In this document: piece by piece, positions 23,383 through 25,688 of the stretch
How positions within the stretch are numbered: position 1 is the first letter of the stretch
How the letters are laid out: every line of letters begins with the position of its first letter
Source of the DNA: Octopus sinensis
Taxonomy: Eukaryota
Direction of reading: 5' to 3'
DNA: 25,688 nt
Assembly (NCBI RefSeq): GCF_006345805.1
Contig: NW_021824439.1
Coordinates: 1-25,688, forward strand
Notes under the pieces: generated by a model
What the model saw: only the letters and a program-made list of their open reading frames with translations
What the model was told of the DNA's origin: nothing
Databases searched by the model: none
Made by a program: the position numbers and the translations under genes

Positions 23383-23755
23383 TAAAGACTATTTGCCAAC
23401 ATAACATGGCAGTCCTGGTTTAGGACGAATGTTGCTGTAATTTAGCCCCAGGAACATCGTCTCCAGCTGGCTATACGACACGACCTGTGTCCTTATATTT
23501 TCGAACAAGGGAAACTTGCACTCCCACTCAGCTCAAAACAATATCTGTGTATCGCGATTTCCGGGTTATTTCCTTTCATCAGCACAGAATAATTGCTCGG
23601 CTAGAGGTGGAGCTGCCAAATTTACGTTCGAAATATATGGTTTCCAAAGTGAAAACTAGTCACTGATCTATAAATTAGAAAATTAATATCGTATAACCAG
23701 CTGGAGACGATGTCTCCTGGGACCAAATTACAGCAACATTCGTTAAGTTGGCAAA
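23383..23755 (-). mobile_element. Hammerhead-bearing short element, family D copy 2, with inverted duplication of its end
   Basis: Homologous to 21428-21762. 23425-23478 and 23689-23743 are near-perfect reverse complements, plus TTTGCCAAC/GTTGGCAAA at the outer ends. Confidence 0.78.
23544..23588 (-). ncRNA. Minimal type I hammerhead ribozyme
   Basis: Minus strand UCUGUG-CUGAUGA-AAGGAAAUAACCCG-GAAA-UCGCGA-UA-CACAGA. It has a perfect 6-bp helix I, canonical CUGAUGA/GAAA/UH boxes and a palindromic helix III. Helix II is weak (2 GC pairs). Predicted cleavage lies between 23550 and 23549. Confidence 0.75.
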
Positions 23756-24236
23756 CATATTTACTCCAAAGTGCTGTTGCTGAATATCTCTCGTTGTGAG
23801 ATTTAAATATAGAGATTTTCTAATCTATATACCAGTTATATATTACGCAGTTTGGTTACATCAACACTATACATTGAGAGTCCTATCTTAAGAAGTCCAA
23901 TGTACAACAATTTAATTGGAGCTTGGCTATCTTTCGCACAAAGTAGTAGATTTTTTGACTACCAATCTCTATATAGTCTAAAATAATCTGACCTTTGTCC
24001 AAACAGGTTCACCTTTGGTTAATTGGCCCCCATGGGACTTAAGGCTCTTATTTAAGTTAAGGTAAACAAGGAGCAAGACGGGGAAATTCGGATTTCAAGC
24101 AAATCCCTCCTACACATACATAGACACACATACACACACAAACATACGCACAAGCACACAGTTACACAATGAGCACACATAAACAGACGCGCTCACACAC
24201 ACACACACGTATGTATTCCAATAAATATATGTGCCA

Positions 24237-24432
24237 AGGCCATGAGCTGTCATGGCCAACCGTGTTTACTTAATTTCCTCTGTTTTTACGTTCTGTGTTC
24301 GAATGACACCGAGGTCGACTTCACCTTTCATCATTCCGTGGTCAATAAAATACGAAACAGTTGAAAACTGGGGCGGATATAATCCCCTTACATCCTTCCC
24401 TGATATTGTTGAAGGTGGCCAAAATTATAAAG
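24237..24432 (+). mobile_element. Diverged SINE family B copy
   Basis: TTACGTTCTGTGTTCGAAT...CCGAGGTCGACTTCACCTTTCATC...ACTGGGG. Confidence 0.78.
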
Positions 24433-24439
24433 CATCTAT

Positions 24440-24469
24440 GCATATAAATGTACATATATATAATATATC

Positions 24470-24509
<40 letters not shown>

Positions 24510-24510
24510 G

Positions 24511-24570
<60 letters not shown>

Positions 24571-24660
24571 ATGTATGTATATAATAATATAATATATATA
24601 TAATATAATATATATATATATATATATATAATATATATACATATATACATATATATATAA
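24440..24660. repeat. (TA)n-rich microsatellite
   Basis: Directly visible. Confidence 0.95.
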
Positions 24661-24852
24661 ATTTCTACGCTAGGCAAAGGATGAAGGGCCAGTCGATTAG
24701 ATCGACCCCAGTACGCAACTAGTACTTAATTTTATCGAACCTAAAATGCAAAGTCGACCTCGGCGGAATTTGAACTCAGAACATAAGACAAGACGAAATA
24801 TAACTAAGTATTTCTCCCAGCGTGCTAAACTTTCTGCCACCACCGCCGCCTT
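24661..24852 (-). mobile_element. tRNA-derived SINE family B copy
   Basis: AGTCGATTAGATCGACCCCAGTACGCAACT...GCAAAGTCGACCTCGGCGGAATTTGAACTCAGAAC...CTGCCACCACCGCCGCC. Confidence 0.87.
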
Positions 24853-24942
24853 ACATACACACACACACACATATGGTATTGTATATGCATGCACATATAG
24901 GTATGCATATATATATAAATATAAATAATATGCATATATATA

Positions 24943-24988
<46 letters not shown>

Positions 24989-25234
24989 TATATTCTCTCG
25001 TGATCGATTAGAACTACATTCTAATACCACACATCAGTCATCTGTCTCGAGTCTTCTTTCATGTTTCCACCTAATACTTTTAGTAATCCAAATTAATCTT
25101 TCAACCTCAATTGAATAGTGCACAACAATCGGACATCTCTAACGCCAAACACCTCACCATGTGACACTGCAATAAACTTCCTTCCCTAATCACATAAAGA
25201 CAACAGATCCAAACGCTTGGACTGGAAACTTCCC

Positions 25235-25267
<33 letters not shown>

Positions 25268-25688
25268 ATATAATATATATATATATATATAAATGAATGT
25301 ATATATATATATGTTGCATTCTGTAAGTTGTAGTTCTTCAGCTCTGTAGGTAACAATTGGAGGTGAAATATTTTTAAAATTCATACAATTTTGTCCAATC
25401 GTATATATTACGTTTACAAGAAATCATAAATATTAATTCCATTTGGGGAATTCCAAGCACGCACTCTTGTCTTTTCTTTTGATCTTGCCGCCTTCTACTA
25501 TATTTGGTTGCATTTGACACACATAATTGGAGAGCAAAGCGAGATAAAAACGGTGATGAGAAACACCAGAGTATATATACGTATGTATGTATATGTATAT
25601 GTATATATATGTATGTGTGTGGTGTGTGTGTGTGCATGTGTGTGTATGTGCATATATATATATATATTATATATATATATATGTAATA

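Overview
AT-rich, microsatellite-dense eukaryotic non-coding DNA. The repeat families look like those of octopus (coleoid cephalopod); this is recognition, not a database result. No intact host gene is supported, and nearly all listed ORFs are translations of simple repeats. Recognisable content: (i) three tRNA-derived SINE families (13 copies or fragments, one nested, several with target-site duplications); (ii) two 5'-truncated minus-strand fragments of restriction-like-endonuclease non-LTR retrotransposons, R4/Dong-like at 5663-6079 and HERO-like at about 10300-10719, both missed by the ORF track; (iii) non-coding, inverted-repeat-bearing, Penelope-like elements that carry minimal type I hammerhead ribozyme motifs on the minus strand. 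The best motif is at 23544-23588, with degenerate or partial ones at 21619-21661, 18026-18073 and 16860-16981. These hammerhead plus inverted-repeat elements are the most interesting system in the window.
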